The notes beneath the pieces were generated by a model. It saw only the letters and a list, made by a program, of their open reading frames with translations, did not search any database and was not told where the DNA came from. This document shows, in pieces, positions 51,735 to 64,000 of a DNA stretch of 64,000 nucleotides; positions within the stretch are counted from its first letter, which is position 1, and the number at the start of each line of letters is the position of its first letter. The stretch is from Catajapyx aquilonaris (taxonomy: Eukaryota), in the NCBI GenBank assembly GCA_000934665.2, contig JYFJ02001436.1, positions 1 to 64,000 on the forward strand, read 5' to 3'. The position numbers and the translations under genes were made by a program.

Positions 51735-54700
51735 AAATTATTGTAAAGTCATCCAGGGGTGATTTTTATGTTCCATGTTAAAAAATATTTGCCTCTTTAT
51801 TGTTGATTTTTTCCATAATTCTCACATTTGGTGGTGCGCCTGGTTGTATGATACAGTGTACGTTCCGCCGAAACATTTTTGGCAAATCTTTACGTATAAG
51901 TAGTACAGTACACTGCAGTGGTGTAGCAAAAAACATTATTGGAAAATTGTCAGGTGAGCTGCCAAAATGTATCTTATCACCCCATAAGAGTGCTGACAGC
52001 CGATGGCAGCAATTCTATCCTATTATTAACTACAGACAACACTTGTGACCCCATCAACACTAGAGATCTTTAAATCACCTCTGATCCAGTACCCAAAACA
52101 AATAGATAACCTTTTCCTCAAAGTGTGGGTAGCAGCCAGCATTTTTTGAAAGTCACAAGCTTTGGCTCGCGTAAGCGCACATAACAACTGACTGTTGTAA
52201 CCTTCTTATGGCACGTTTGATATGGTCGCACTGCATAATCTCTGGCCTCATATGCATATGAACTTTACCCATATATCGCCTCATAACCAGTGCCTCGACT
52301 TTTATGGATTCGCGTAGCCTTGGACAACCAGTGTCGGCAGTACTTGTTGTTATCTTCCGATCAAGATGATAAGTGTCAACATGTTTCGCAGTGTAAAGTG
52401 ACATATACAGACCTACATTGAGCATGAGTTCATCTTATCTGCCGGAATATGGTCTATTTGTCTACACTACTGCAGTGCTCCCAGCCTAGTTTCGTAACCA
52501 ACACTGACGAGGTGCAAAATGAACTATACCTGCCTGACTGTATTACCAGTCACTCGGCCCACCTTGTGTAATTTACACTGTGTGTTTCGTCCGAATCTAA
52601 TAAGCGTAATGCGAAGGACGAGGGAGTCTTGTTTCACAGTTCAAACCACACGGTTTCAACTTTCGCAAAAACGAGGAGCCGTGGATGCGAATTAAATTAA
52701 ACCCCTCGGTATGACCTCCGCACGTGATGCTCATGATCAAGACTTCCATTAAACACAAAACAAGAACTGGGGGGGGGAAAAAACGTGTGATGCTCAAGCT
52801 AATGGCGTCAGTTTCAAACTAGCTAGTGCTTTCGCTTGTCGACCTATGCGGGAATCAATTTTAGCCACAGGACACAATCACTGTCGCGTAATAAACGGAT
52901 GCTGCGGTCGATTTCACGGCGACCCAAATTATGTATTAACAAAATTCCCGGGGATTTTATAGCTCCTTTTAATTAGAGGCAGGAAAATGCGCGCCGTCAT
53001 CGCCCGTCATTATGACAGTGTCGGCTTATAACGGGGATTTTTCCAGCGACCTCTATGGACCGGAAAATTAAACTCGAGTGTGACGCAATGACGCTCTCAA
53101 CCAATCACAGGCTGCTGGTCTGTACGTTTCGAAGGTCAGGTGCTGTGACGTCAGAGCTTTAGCAGTAGGTTTTGCATTTGCAAGTAGTTGTGCGCCAATT
53201 CCAGGCGACCTCTTTTAGTGTAGCGATGATCTGGACAGATATTCAGGAGGTTAGGCCATTATCACCGATTATCACGTTGTTTACTGTCACCACGACTTCT
53301 CTGGCATTACTTCTACTAGAATTTATTTTCATCCGCTGTTATTGTTCGGATTTGCTAGGAATCAATGCATATATTTTCCAATGTGTAATTACTTTGAACT
53401 GTGAAGTTCGTTCACTGTAATTAGTTTGATATTTGTGCGTCACAGTGTACACTGTAATCTACAGTTGCTGTAAATATTGCAGTAGGGTTGACTGGCACGA
53501 TGTGAGTTAACCTACTATGCCAATCTCATGCATAATATCGAGTCAAAAAAAAATTCGGCCAGTGAAACGATATCCTGCTCGCTATCCAACCATGAGCACT
53601 CTAACAAGGGGAAAGGTGGAGAAAAAAGTCCATACACCTACATGCAGTTTGCCAGGACACGTCTATAGCTGCAACTTTTTTGACAGTACATGACCATTAA
53701 ATTGCATGTAAATCATCCTGCGAGAAAAATTCTTCGCTCTATATAAATATAGGGACACCAAGTGAATTGGATACAGTAGAAAATAACTCGCAATTACCTG
53801 TGATGACCTATACGACGTCAGCAGAGTCACAATAGCGACGTGATTCCTGATCGACTCTGTGATCATCACTTGTTCTCGGTGCCTGAATTTCTGCAGAATC
53901 ATGTCCAAAGCTATAATTTTCAAAACGTCTATAATTATGTTGATGACGGCAATTTGAACTCACATATTTGCGCAGCATTTCAGTCCAGGTAACCTGGTAA
54001 CGGAAGGGAATGCCCAGCTTCTCGAGAGGAAGGCTGTGTCATGTTTGTTACGTCTAGTAGCGTGTGTGAGGATCAAATGAGTAATGACGTCTCAACTTGG
54101 AAATGTTCAGGGCTGGTCCAGGAAGGTCTGGAAGTGCTCAGCTACCATCTCTCAGCAAATCCCACGCAGCCTAGTGAGATCTTAGCGATTAGCCAAGTGT
54201 CAAGGGAACTGTGACGTCGTGTATAACCAGAAGTTAAATGGCAAGGACAAGTGTACAGTGTGTTCAGTTAAAATGTCCGTTTCAATTACCAATTTTTTGG
54301 CACTAAGCTGCTTATTTTTGAAGTCACTTTTGAAACGTTACATTTAGTAGTTTTAAATAGTATTCTTCCTTTATATTAATGCAAAGGGTTTTGAGAAATT
54401 AATTCTATCATTGTATACGACCCAGATGTTAACATCAAACCTGTCCATTTACGTCCTGAGGAGAGGGAAGCGCATGAAAGAGGGAATAGGAGGAAAGGGG
54501 CTAACTTTCTCGCCCTCCCTTCTTCCTCAAGACATAAATGGACAAGCCTGATTATTATATTCACTGTTATAATGCGAATTATGTGTACTTAGATCCGTTT
54601 CGCCAGAGGTAGACCTATAGCCCTACTCTCGACACTACCTGCAGCCTGCATTATATAATGTCTAGGAAACTGAGCTCCCTCTGTCTGTTTAAATATGAAG

Positions 54701-56073
54701 ACCTGGAAACTGGGGAGGCTCACTAACACAAGCTCCCGTCAACAACAGCAAGATTAAGAAAATTATTTCGCCATTATGGGCAACATTTGAGCGCCTAATC
54801 TATGATGACTGAGGCAGCTCATTAGCCTGCTTTTAGCGTAGTGAGACATAAACCTGTAATTAATGGTTTTTAAGTGTTATTAGGAGGAAAGTTACATACA
54901 AAATATTGATTCTAGGGTGTACTTGGTAAACAAAAATTAGTTTACCGACAGGTTTGAGGCAGCTGCGATTTTGTTAGACTATGACTTTGAGACTGCGATA
55001 CTGCAAGCTTATCACGGAATCATAATCAAACAAAACTGAAAGCATGTTTACAACAACGGAGAATTACCAGGGAGGTTTAAATCGGCCAATAATACCATAC
55101 TTACATTACGAAATGCAGTAGCCTCGGTTAAGTATTGATGTGGCTACTCCGTAACAATAATATTGCTGCACTTCAAAGGCTCCACACTAAGCTCACAGCC
55201 GACAAGCACCTCTCGATACAGTAGACTATAGCTTTAGGAGAGAAAATAACATCAGCGTTTTATACTCAACGGTTAGTAAATAACTTCCGTGAATAATAAT
55301 CTGACGTCAATTAATATCAGTAATATTTTGTCTGATATTATAATATGTAAGCACAATATCAGAGTAGGACAACTACTGGTGGGGATTGAGAAGCGGAAAC
55401 AAGAATTACTCTTTTGCTCTTCCCCTACCTGCCGTACTCTAAAATAGCTTTCCATTGCCATTGGCATGTTTTCAAGGCCCTCTCTAACTGTATATACCGG
55501 CAGCCATCAACTTCCAATCCGGAGCATCTGGACTTTGGACAAGTCATCCAGAATAGACTCAGATTTTGGATGCAGATATGTAAAGATGCGGGACCTATTG
55601 TTACGGTGACTGTGAAGAAGAAGAAGGACGTTTTGAGGTGTTCCTTCAAAAGGTGACAGGTCACGTGCTTTCACCTTCCCCTGGTGCCAAACAGCTCAAG
55701 CAGAAATAGCTTGGCTAGCCATCCTGGCATAGACTACATTATTTTGGAGTCAAACAATGTCGATAATTTTTATTTACTTTTATTAAATTCCCTGATCTCA
55801 GATTATCACCTCTTTTGATGTTATTAGTCTTTGTCAGTTGCAAGAGCGATGATAAGAATCGATCGTAAATGTGCCTCAGTAGCAATCGTCGTCGCGTCGC
55901 CCTCATTGTGCCTATTGAATAAAAGCAATAAATTCGTCAGGTTTATAAACGCAGTCCAGAGGTTGTGAGAAACAAAACTGCTGTGAACAACATACTGTGT
56001 AAACAAAACACGCTGAATCTGTGCCAAACGTGTACCGTTGAAAGTGTAGCAACTTAGGAGTACGGTCGTCGTG

Positions 56074-56145
56074 GGTTCCATGGTGTAATGGTTAGCACTC
56101 TGGACTCTGAATCCAGCGATCCGAGTTCAAATCTCGGTGGGACCT
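56074..56145 (+). tRNA. tRNA-Gln(CTG): tRNA-Gln, anticodon CTG
   Basis: GGTTCCATGGTGTAATGGTTAGCACTCTGGACT-CTG-AATCCAGCGATCCGAGTTCAAATCTCGGTGGGACCT: canonical 72-nt metazoan tRNA-Gln with all stems intact. Confidence 0.98.
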
Positions 56146-56149
56146 CAAA

Positions 56150-56155
56150 TTTTTT
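56150..56155 (+). terminator. RNA polymerase III terminator (T6)
   Basis: T-run 4 nt after the tRNA 3' end. Confidence 0.85.
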
Positions 56156-56970
56156 CCGCCGATGAACCTTTTAACCTGGCTAATCTCATTTGCTACAATC
56201 AGGCATTTTGCATGTATACTGCATGTGGGAGTATTAAATCTACTTGCATTCATCAGTGAAAGCTGTAACGTCACACCAATCTGGTATAAACAAATGAGAC
56301 TGTCCTAGATCAAATGATGTTTGCAATAATATGTATTCACTACAACATACTAATTCGGTGTCATTCATAATTGCTCCCTCAGTTCCAGCATGCCAATTTG
56401 CATGTAAATATGGGGACAACATAAAAGCCAGTTCAACCTTGTTCGGGCCTATACTGTATTATATGGCTGAATCGAACGGTCCTTTTCAGGGCAATAGCAG
56501 GTCTACAAATAAATATAGCATAGCCCGCTTAACGGAATCAGGCATCTCGAGAGGACACTAACTGTCATCTATACGCTCCTAACGAGCTTTTACACTAACA
56601 GGCCCAGGCTGTTCTACTGAGAAGCAATAGTCTGTGTGATTCTATCGGGTGCGGGGAAAAGAATTAGGCCAAACCTTGGCTGCCTTTATACCGTAAGCTT
56701 CTTACCGAACAATACGCTCTACCGAATTCAATTGCCTGTGGGAAATCATGAAGGTCTATAATTAATTCCCTTTCAGCTGCAGTACCAAGTATAGAGTAGT
56801 GAAAATGATATTAATACTGTAAATCTCTGTAAATGTGTTTAAAGTCAGTAAACTCCAAGTAGCATATCCGTATCATCTTAGAGCGTATCTTGTGAAGGAA
56901 TAGACTTACAGTATCGTACAGTGCAGATACTGTAGGTTAGTATACGCCTGCTACGTACTGCGACATACTA

Positions 56971-57102
56971 AAACTCAAAGTGCCAACAGTATCCTACTAA
57001 CTCATCCTTTACTGACTGACAGCAATCATCAGCTAGTTGGCACAACTGGAAACCAACTAACCAATCCAATTACTTATGTATCCTGACTTTAGAGCCACCC
57101 TG
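56971..57102. mobile_element. Truncated Tc1-type MITE, same family as 12473-12601
   Basis: ...gtatcctgactttagagccaccctg|TA; shared inner segment in the opposite orientation. Confidence 0.75.
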
Positions 57103-60100
57103 TACACAGCTAAAGCACAATATATTTCATAGGGAATTTCTGATTTTTTAATACTCGTTTAAATTTACTGCATCTTTTCAGAAATACCAAAAAAACGTTG
57201 TAAAATCAAGGACAGTGTGTACACCTACCTTGTATAATTATGCATATGGTCGTTATTTTTTATATGTTAAGATGCCTTTCCTTGTAAAAATCCATTTCGT
57301 TAGGAATACAACATGCTAAATATCGCACCGCAGATGGCAGTAAAAGTTTTCAGAACAAGCCACAAAAACTACGCAGGACTATGAATATTTAAAGAGAGAA
57401 AAGAGAGTTGAATATAAGAAATGGGGAGTATAGAACTAATATTTTCTCCTTCCTTGCGAAATAGAATAATCATTGAGATAGGGGTATCAACATAGAGGCT
57501 GGAGTAGTCATCAGGTATGGGATGTAAAGGTTGCTTATGAGGGTGAATAAGAGTTACACCCTTGCACAAAGGTTTGAAACCACTCATTTATATCTATTTA
57601 TATCTATACGATAATTTTCGCACAATATTTTCGTCCCAATCTGATTTTCTCCATCACACATCTGGCAGCTGTGTATCACTGTTTCAAGCGGCCCTAAAAC
57701 GGGCGGGCAGGCGCAAGTTGCTCCCGCAGGCAATCACATGACGTCACACCACCCAAAAAAGGCGCGCTTTTCTTCGCCTTTCCAAACTGAAAAACGGCAA
57801 AAGTCTAGCAAGTGCGCTCTTGACTCCATCTCTTCAATTTGTTTCTGACGCTGACGACGTGAGTGCAACAATTCTGAGAGACATAAGCCCCTCCAGGCGA
57901 CTCCAATTTTGCAGGGTATTCCTGAATGATAGGAGACTCGAGAGCGTGAAAAATAACGCGCCTTTCTGAATCTGAGGTGCGATTGTAATGCAGAAAATAG
58001 CTTTAGAGAAGGCTGCGCAAGAGCTGAATAGGTAAAGGTCTTCTTGGTGGGCAGGTTGGGAGGAGGGGATGAAAAGATGGGCCAGGATCGAGCGTAGAGG
58101 TGAGGAAAATCGGGTCAGCACTGGTTGCTATGACAACCCCGCACTTTGATTGCTCCCAGATGAGGCTTCCAGCCGCCATCATGAACAAGCGTCCTGTCTT
58201 GTAGGTTGTCCCCCTCCATTGATCCATACTCGCCAACCCCGTAATCAGGACAAAGAAGTAGGAGTTTAGTGGTATAAATGAGGACACTCGGCCTGCTATC
58301 AACAGTCAACGTCCAGGGCAGCCATTTTTGTGCCAAGTTTGTAATGCTCCGGTGTCGATAGCGGGTTTTCAAGAAGGTTGGAGCAACTGGCTACAGTGCA
58401 CGAGAGTTACTGCTTGTGTTATGGTATTTAGGCGAGGAAAAAGGAATCGTTACAGTCGCTTCCGGGATAAATGGAACTGATTCGAGCTACAGGTCCCTTT
58501 TCAAATATAAGTTGGTACAGTATTGGAAGGAAGGGATGCAAATGTAATGCAGTGAAACATGTATATTGCGGAAACGCTCTGTTCCGCGAAAAATTTCTGT
58601 AATAGACAAGTTTCCGCTACAGATACGTTTCACTGTACAATATTGAGCTTGAGTCAGGCGTTAATGATTTTGAACATCATGGTGCGTAAATGTAGGGGTC
58701 ACCTTCTGTGGTACTGTACTGTACAGTACATTACTTATAGGTGCTAACGGGAGTGGACCTTCAGGCGCCTTACACAACCAGGTTATCATAATTTTTATTA
58801 CGAAAGTAATTAATATCCTAACGGGAAAAATAATGAGGGTGTTATGGGTGTCTATACTAAAACATGACGTATGAACTCTTCAACCAACTTTGATATTTGA
58901 GATGCGTGATGTTACGATGGACTAACTTTGAGATATGAAAGGTTTGAAGTTTGAAGATTGCATTGTGCCTTATGGGATATCTATCTTTTTTTCAAACATT
59001 TCTGTAAGAGACTGTAAGGGAAAGTTTCCTAATATGGTGAGGTTATTCTACGAGTAAATTCGTCCTAGTCACTATCTTACTGTTCTGAAACTTCCAGCCT
59101 ATACACTAGAAAGAATTCAGTAACTTATCTCACTTTTTATGTTAATGTACTCTCGTAGATATTATTACAATAATATTATAAGGACATGTTGAGTAGTACG
59201 CTACATTCGGAGCCAAATCACAGAACAATGGAAAAAAATCCATATTACAGTTGACCTTTAAAAAACCTATTGCAGCAGTATTATCGCTGTAAGTCTTGAA
59301 TAATTTGCGATGTATGTTTATAAATATGCTGCCCATCATAATAAGTTATGTTACTTCTGCAGTAAGCCTACTCGTTCTGTACCTATGTCAGTGACGCAGA
59401 ATTATCAGAATTTCACTAAATACTGCAGGTAACGAATTAGTGCCGAGAATACTGCATTGTCCTTGATGAAAGGCTATAAAAAGAGGCAGAGCCTGCCTCT
59501 ATACCCTCCAGCCTCTTCCCTTTTATTTCATTATGTGACATTCACATTAAACTGAATTGAAAGTAAATGGTCCAGTGCCTCGGCCACAATGTGACTGTTG
59601 TAACAGGTGACGTAACGCACTTTAAAAACTGGATACTACATTCTCCCATAAATCTGTTATTACAGTACTTCCTACTGTAGTACTATGGGGTCATTATGGA
59701 ACCGTTTACATAACATGCACCACTTGCATCAGTTACTCCATTTGTTAGTGTGGTAAGGAGCTTTCCCATATTGGGAGAAAGAACTCCCCTTTACGTAATT
59801 ATAGTCCCGATTCTGCCTTTATGAATCCAATAATTATGGTGATATAGTTCTTCCTGCAATGCAGAAGATACGGCAAAACTCTCTAAGCGGCAAGTGTTTG
59901 TTCATACTTTTTTTTTCACTTTACAAGCTTGTCTCAGAAGAAAATTGGAGTGGTGCGTTCACCCAAAATAATAGACCTCTCATTTCCACACAAGTCACTT
60001 TAATCTCACAGTTAGAACGAAGGAGGACTGATAGTGAAGATTGAAAAATCTCTTGGAGTTCCGAAGAGAATCAGAAGTAGGACATTTTACTTGGACATTA

Positions 60101-60618
60101 ATTCATGGATGTCCCAAGGGACGCATTTGCAACGTCACTCATGCCGGTCAGACGTTTGTCTTCGTCACTTAAGCTTTAATTTATGGGCTGGTTACGAAAT
60201 AACAGTATGTTGACCGACGCGATGGAATATATTGTATACGAAGTACTGGGCGTTCCATTATGTGCAAAATAAAGCTAAGGTCTAACTAAGCAATAGGTGT
60301 ATAATTTGAAGGACAGTCTCTGCACAAATAAATGGTGCATGTAACTTGTTACATGTGTTTGATATTTATAACTGGGAGGTATTGAAAGTATAACTATCTT
60401 TAGAAGGAGTAGTATGTGGTGAAATAATTTATGGAATACTGTACACTTACAGTATATCAAACCGCTTCTAGCAGTTTTACTTTTATACGGTATTCCTGTT
60501 GTATATTTTATGCATTATTTAAAATAACGCATGATGTAGGTAACTGGTTGAGCCTAAATAGTATGACAATAAAAAATGCATTACTCTAGCACAGTATGAG
60601 AGTACAGTCTTGCAAGGC

Positions 60619-60845
60619 AAAGGGGAGGGCTACATGCTGGCCCAACATGGCCGCAGGCGGCCATGTTGGGCCCCCCAATGTAGCCCTCCCCTTTCGTTCC
60701 TATAAAGTTCAGCCTTAGTCCGGTAGGGTCGCCACATAAATGCTCTGGAAAATGTCTCATGGCGCTCTCAAGTGAGCACCCGGTGCGTAATCCTTCGGCA
60801 GGGGGTGGGTGGGGAGTGACCTAACCTGAGTCTTCTACAGCCGTG
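60619..60845 (-). mobile_element. Non-autonomous hairpin element, copy C (one arm lost)
   Basis: Centre, one full arm, and the reverse complement of the copy-A left end (ggggagtgacctaacctgagtcttctacagccgtg), followed by gtgaagac. Confidence 0.88.
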
Positions 60846-61057
60846 GTGAAGACCAGAAATGCAGAACAATAGTACTATTATTACTAGAGTACCATTGGAC
60901 TAATTTTGGAATATGATAGGTTTTAACTATGGCATTATTCCTTGTGGGATCTCCTTTTTTACAAACATTTTTCAAAGGTCTAAGCAGTCTAAGGGATGTA
61001 GGGGAAAGTTGATCAATGTTGGAAATATTAATAGTGTTTTAATATCAATGTCACACA

Positions 61058-61122
61058 GGGCGGACGGTTGTGTAGTGGTTATCTCCACAGCCTGACCTCT
61101 GAGGTCCCGAGTTCGATCCCAC
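61058..61122 (+). mobile_element. Degenerate tRNA-derived SINE head
   Basis: gtgtagtggtta A-box-like and gagttcgatcc B-box. Confidence 0.5.
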
Positions 61123-61529
61123 AATCAAAACCCATCGCAACACAGGTAGTTATTAAAGACGTTAACTTAAAAGATGATCCCCTAAAATGCCCAAGGAGGC
61201 CTATCACGTGGTATCTATAATTATTTTTATATCAATTAGGTACTATCTTGGTGATACCAATGAAGTAATATTCGGCCATTGCAAATTTCCATCTCAATCT
61301 GAGGAGGTCGGATTTGGGGTTGATCGATTTGACATGGACTGACCCATATCGCCAGTAGGGCGCCACCTGCTGTTGCCTTCGTCGGTTTGTCAGTCACCAA
61401 TCAAGACGGAACCAGAGAGACTATAAAGCATATTTTCGACATAAACTGTGTGTTTTTAAGCATTTCCTCTGGAACAAACTACTTTATTTAAGCTAACCTC
61501 GAAACCTATAGTAACTTTGTTGATATTAT

Positions 61530-61960
61530 AGGTTGCGAGGACTGTGTTGCGAAGGAGATCTAGCCTGCAAAAATTGTTCAAATGGACAATTCCCAATCAG
61601 AAATCCATTGCAATATTTATTCACAGCATTGATAAAGGATTTAACTCGGTCTAATTTTACCAGCTAATACAGAAGAAACGAACTGCAAAGAGAAATGGAT
61701 TATGTTGCACGGAAAACCGAACCAGTCACCTCCCGAATGGCAGCCTCAACACCCATCACTAATCTGTAGGCCGTCTTGTTAGAAAAATGGGTAGTTATAT
61801 TTAATTGGCCAACTGACGCAAATAATCTGCGTGCGTGTTTTACAAGAAAAAAACGATAGTGTGACATTAAAAACTCTTAGGAATAAACGAGGATCATTAA
61901 TATTTCCAGGTGAAAAACAGGCTGTTACACTAAACGCTCTTTCGGGGCCATGTAGTATCC
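61530..61960 (+). pseudogene. THAP zinc-finger relic (transposon-derived)
   Basis: LCCEGDLACKNCSN, then LPANTEETNCKEKWIMLHGKPNQSPPEWQPQHPSLIC (61657-61767), follows the THAP pattern C..C...P..W...W.P....IC. The HF motif is lost and a stop follows at 61780. Confidence 0.5.
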
Positions 61961-63499
61961 GATGAAGAAAATATAAGTTATGCGTCGTGCGAGGAAACCA
62001 CTTACGTGACGTTGATATCCGACTGTCAAAAGTAAAATATGACCATATTTAGGAAGGAAGCACAAACTGGAAAATAATGGTGTTTGAAGATGGGTTCTGC
62101 AAGCTTATGTCAGTGTCGCGCATAGATATTAAGTGGTTTGGCGGAGGGCGCTGATCAAAAGCAATAGGACTTTGATACATTTAAATAATAATTAACAAAC
62201 AATACATTATCCATCGATATGACGAAACCTGCATGCGATACTTTATGATACTCTTGCATTACTAAGGCAGGGTTGCATCACTGCGAGTTTCGAGCTAAAC
62301 CCGCGATGGTGCAACCTTATAGTGTGTCGTAAAGTGTGGTCGGAAGGTACAGGGTTGCAGCCAGACCATTCAACGTGTATCAATTCAGTCGTCGTTGTTC
62401 CTAACTTAACAAATCTATAGTTATATTTATTATTGATCAGTGTAGTGTTGAGGTATAGGCCTACTAATAAAACAGTATGTTTGCATGGTTTGCCTGATCC
62501 TATCGATTCACTGTTCTTATATCCTACCAGAACGATTTTCTCATTTGGACCATTCGCTGAACCAGCTACAAATGCCATTTCCGGGTTTTTCACTGTAAAT
62601 GGTAGTTTGAGTCTTTACGGTTAACAGTGTGGGTTGTGCGAGCGTACTTCCTCGTAAAACACGTATATATATTTTTAACGGCTACTATATATGGCCCCAA
62701 AACAGCTTTCTTCAAAACACCTAAAATTGCACTTCTGGTTAGTTTTTCATCCCGAATATGGTCCTCGTTTCTAAGTGTCAGACTAGCTTTGTTCCTATAT
62801 AGTAAAAGACATCAATTTTGTGTATTTGTTGGTCTGTCGTAATTCATAATGACCAAAATAGTACTTGAACATCAGAAACTAGGCCACACTTCAACAGCTG
62901 TGTCACACACTGCCTAACTCAATAATTTTGACCACAATGATACTGATAGAAAGACTTGAATATATAATAATATATAATAACAATGGTTAGTACGGATCTC
63001 CTTGGAAGTATTACACGGACCTTTATTTAAACGCACAGTAGGCCTACAGTACAATGTCCTTGTTCTGCTGCTGCGCTCTGGTAACTGTCGTATAGGGGAG
63101 GGGGAGGTTCCCAAGGGAGGGCGCTCTTAAATACAGTAGTTTCTAGTCATTTCAGACCCTCTTAAATACCAGCCCTTTTCTCCTGGCCACGGGCAGAGAA
63201 GGGAATGCAATTCTGCCCGGGGAGGTCGGGTGAAAAGCGGAAAAAGACCTGACCAATCAGAGGTGACGGGGTCGGGATTTGAACCACGGACCTCCCTCTT
63301 GGCTAATATAATTATAGTTGTTGTGATTGTAATGGAAATTGTGCCATTTATTCACTCCGGGAAGTAATTCTTTATATTCTCTCTGTGTACATGTGTAAAT
63401 GGAAAATATTTCCACTTCTCCGGCTCAATTTGATGGATGGAAGAAACGTGTGTGGGCTCGGTGTGGGCATAAAAGTTATGCAGCTAGACTACATGATAA

Positions 63500-64000
63500 C
63501 ACGAGTTCAGAGTATTTATGCAGGCCCCACGACAGCAAATCACATCTCTGACATTTAAGATTAACGTCCGCGAACATTCCCTGTAGCCCAATTGCACATT
63601 CAGTATTACATCTGCTAGACGCCTCATGTATACTGTATATACGATTAAAGTCTGATGTACTGCTTTCGTTGGCGATATGAGAAACGGCTCTCGGACTAAT
63701 GTCGTGTTTCTGTCGGTTATTGGCCTGTCTGCTGGACAATATTACTTTGACAGTATTTCTCAATCCGTCAACACGATTTGTAAACCTAACTACAGTGTGC
63801 TCTGTGTTTAAAAGATTCAGATGAATTCCAATTTTTGTTTCGTTTTGAGCGATCCAGTACACGTCAGTACATTAATGTATGTATTGTGTAATGTCCACAA
63901 AGGTAAACACCGCCCTTGACTGAAGCAATGCTGAGTTCCAGAGGGCACTACGGGACGTTACGCTTGCACGGCCTTTAAGATGTCCTTCCTCAAGTCTATA
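63500..64000 (-). pseudogene. PIF/Harbinger (DDE_Tnp_4-like) transposase relic
   Basis: Ordered fragments INVLTC, PFLISP, FNRI...H..SSRCNTECAIG and WGLHK resemble SINVQ.VC, PWLMTP, FN..H...R..IE.AFG and C.LHN. Frameshifted. Confidence 0.5.

Noticed and set aside
57734..58372. Minus-strand frame of ~210 codons broken by a single TGA (possible selenoprotein)
   Set aside because: Starts at TTG, no selenoprotein-like fold motif, no SECIS seen; GC-rich sequence gives open frames by chance.
59474..59499. TATAAAA followed by an 8-bp hairpin (Helitron end or promoter)
   Set aside because: No CTRR terminus, second copy or downstream exon to support it.
1..64000. Prokaryotic systems (CRISPR arrays, operons, rRNA)
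   Set aside because: None seen; the sequence is low-coding-density animal DNA with SINEs and MITEs.

Overview
Gene-poor animal genomic DNA, most likely arthropod; nothing prokaryotic. It holds one clear protein-coding gene, a Tob/BTG-family gene on the minus strand (uninterrupted CDS 30098-31375). Its splice acceptor (31629-31630), a likely first exon and promoter near 38.65-39.15 kb and a probably long 3' UTR can be read from the sequence. There is one intact tRNA-Gln(CTG) at 56074-56145. The flanks are dense in transposon material: a mariner 5' half, several MITEs, tRNA-derived SINEs, and degenerate pogo, Tc1/maT, hAT, piggyBac, PIF/Harbinger, THAP and LINE-ORF1 relics. The most unusual signal is a three-copy, ~370-bp non-coding mobile element. 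It has exact 8-bp target-site duplications and CA...TG ends but no terminal inverted repeats, it carries a ~290-bp internal palindrome, and the centre of that palindrome occurs in two flip/flop orientations. Also notable is a window-wide excess of TACAGTA/TACTGTA and TAGGCCTA words that look like transposon excision footprints. All family assignments are by eye; no searches were run.
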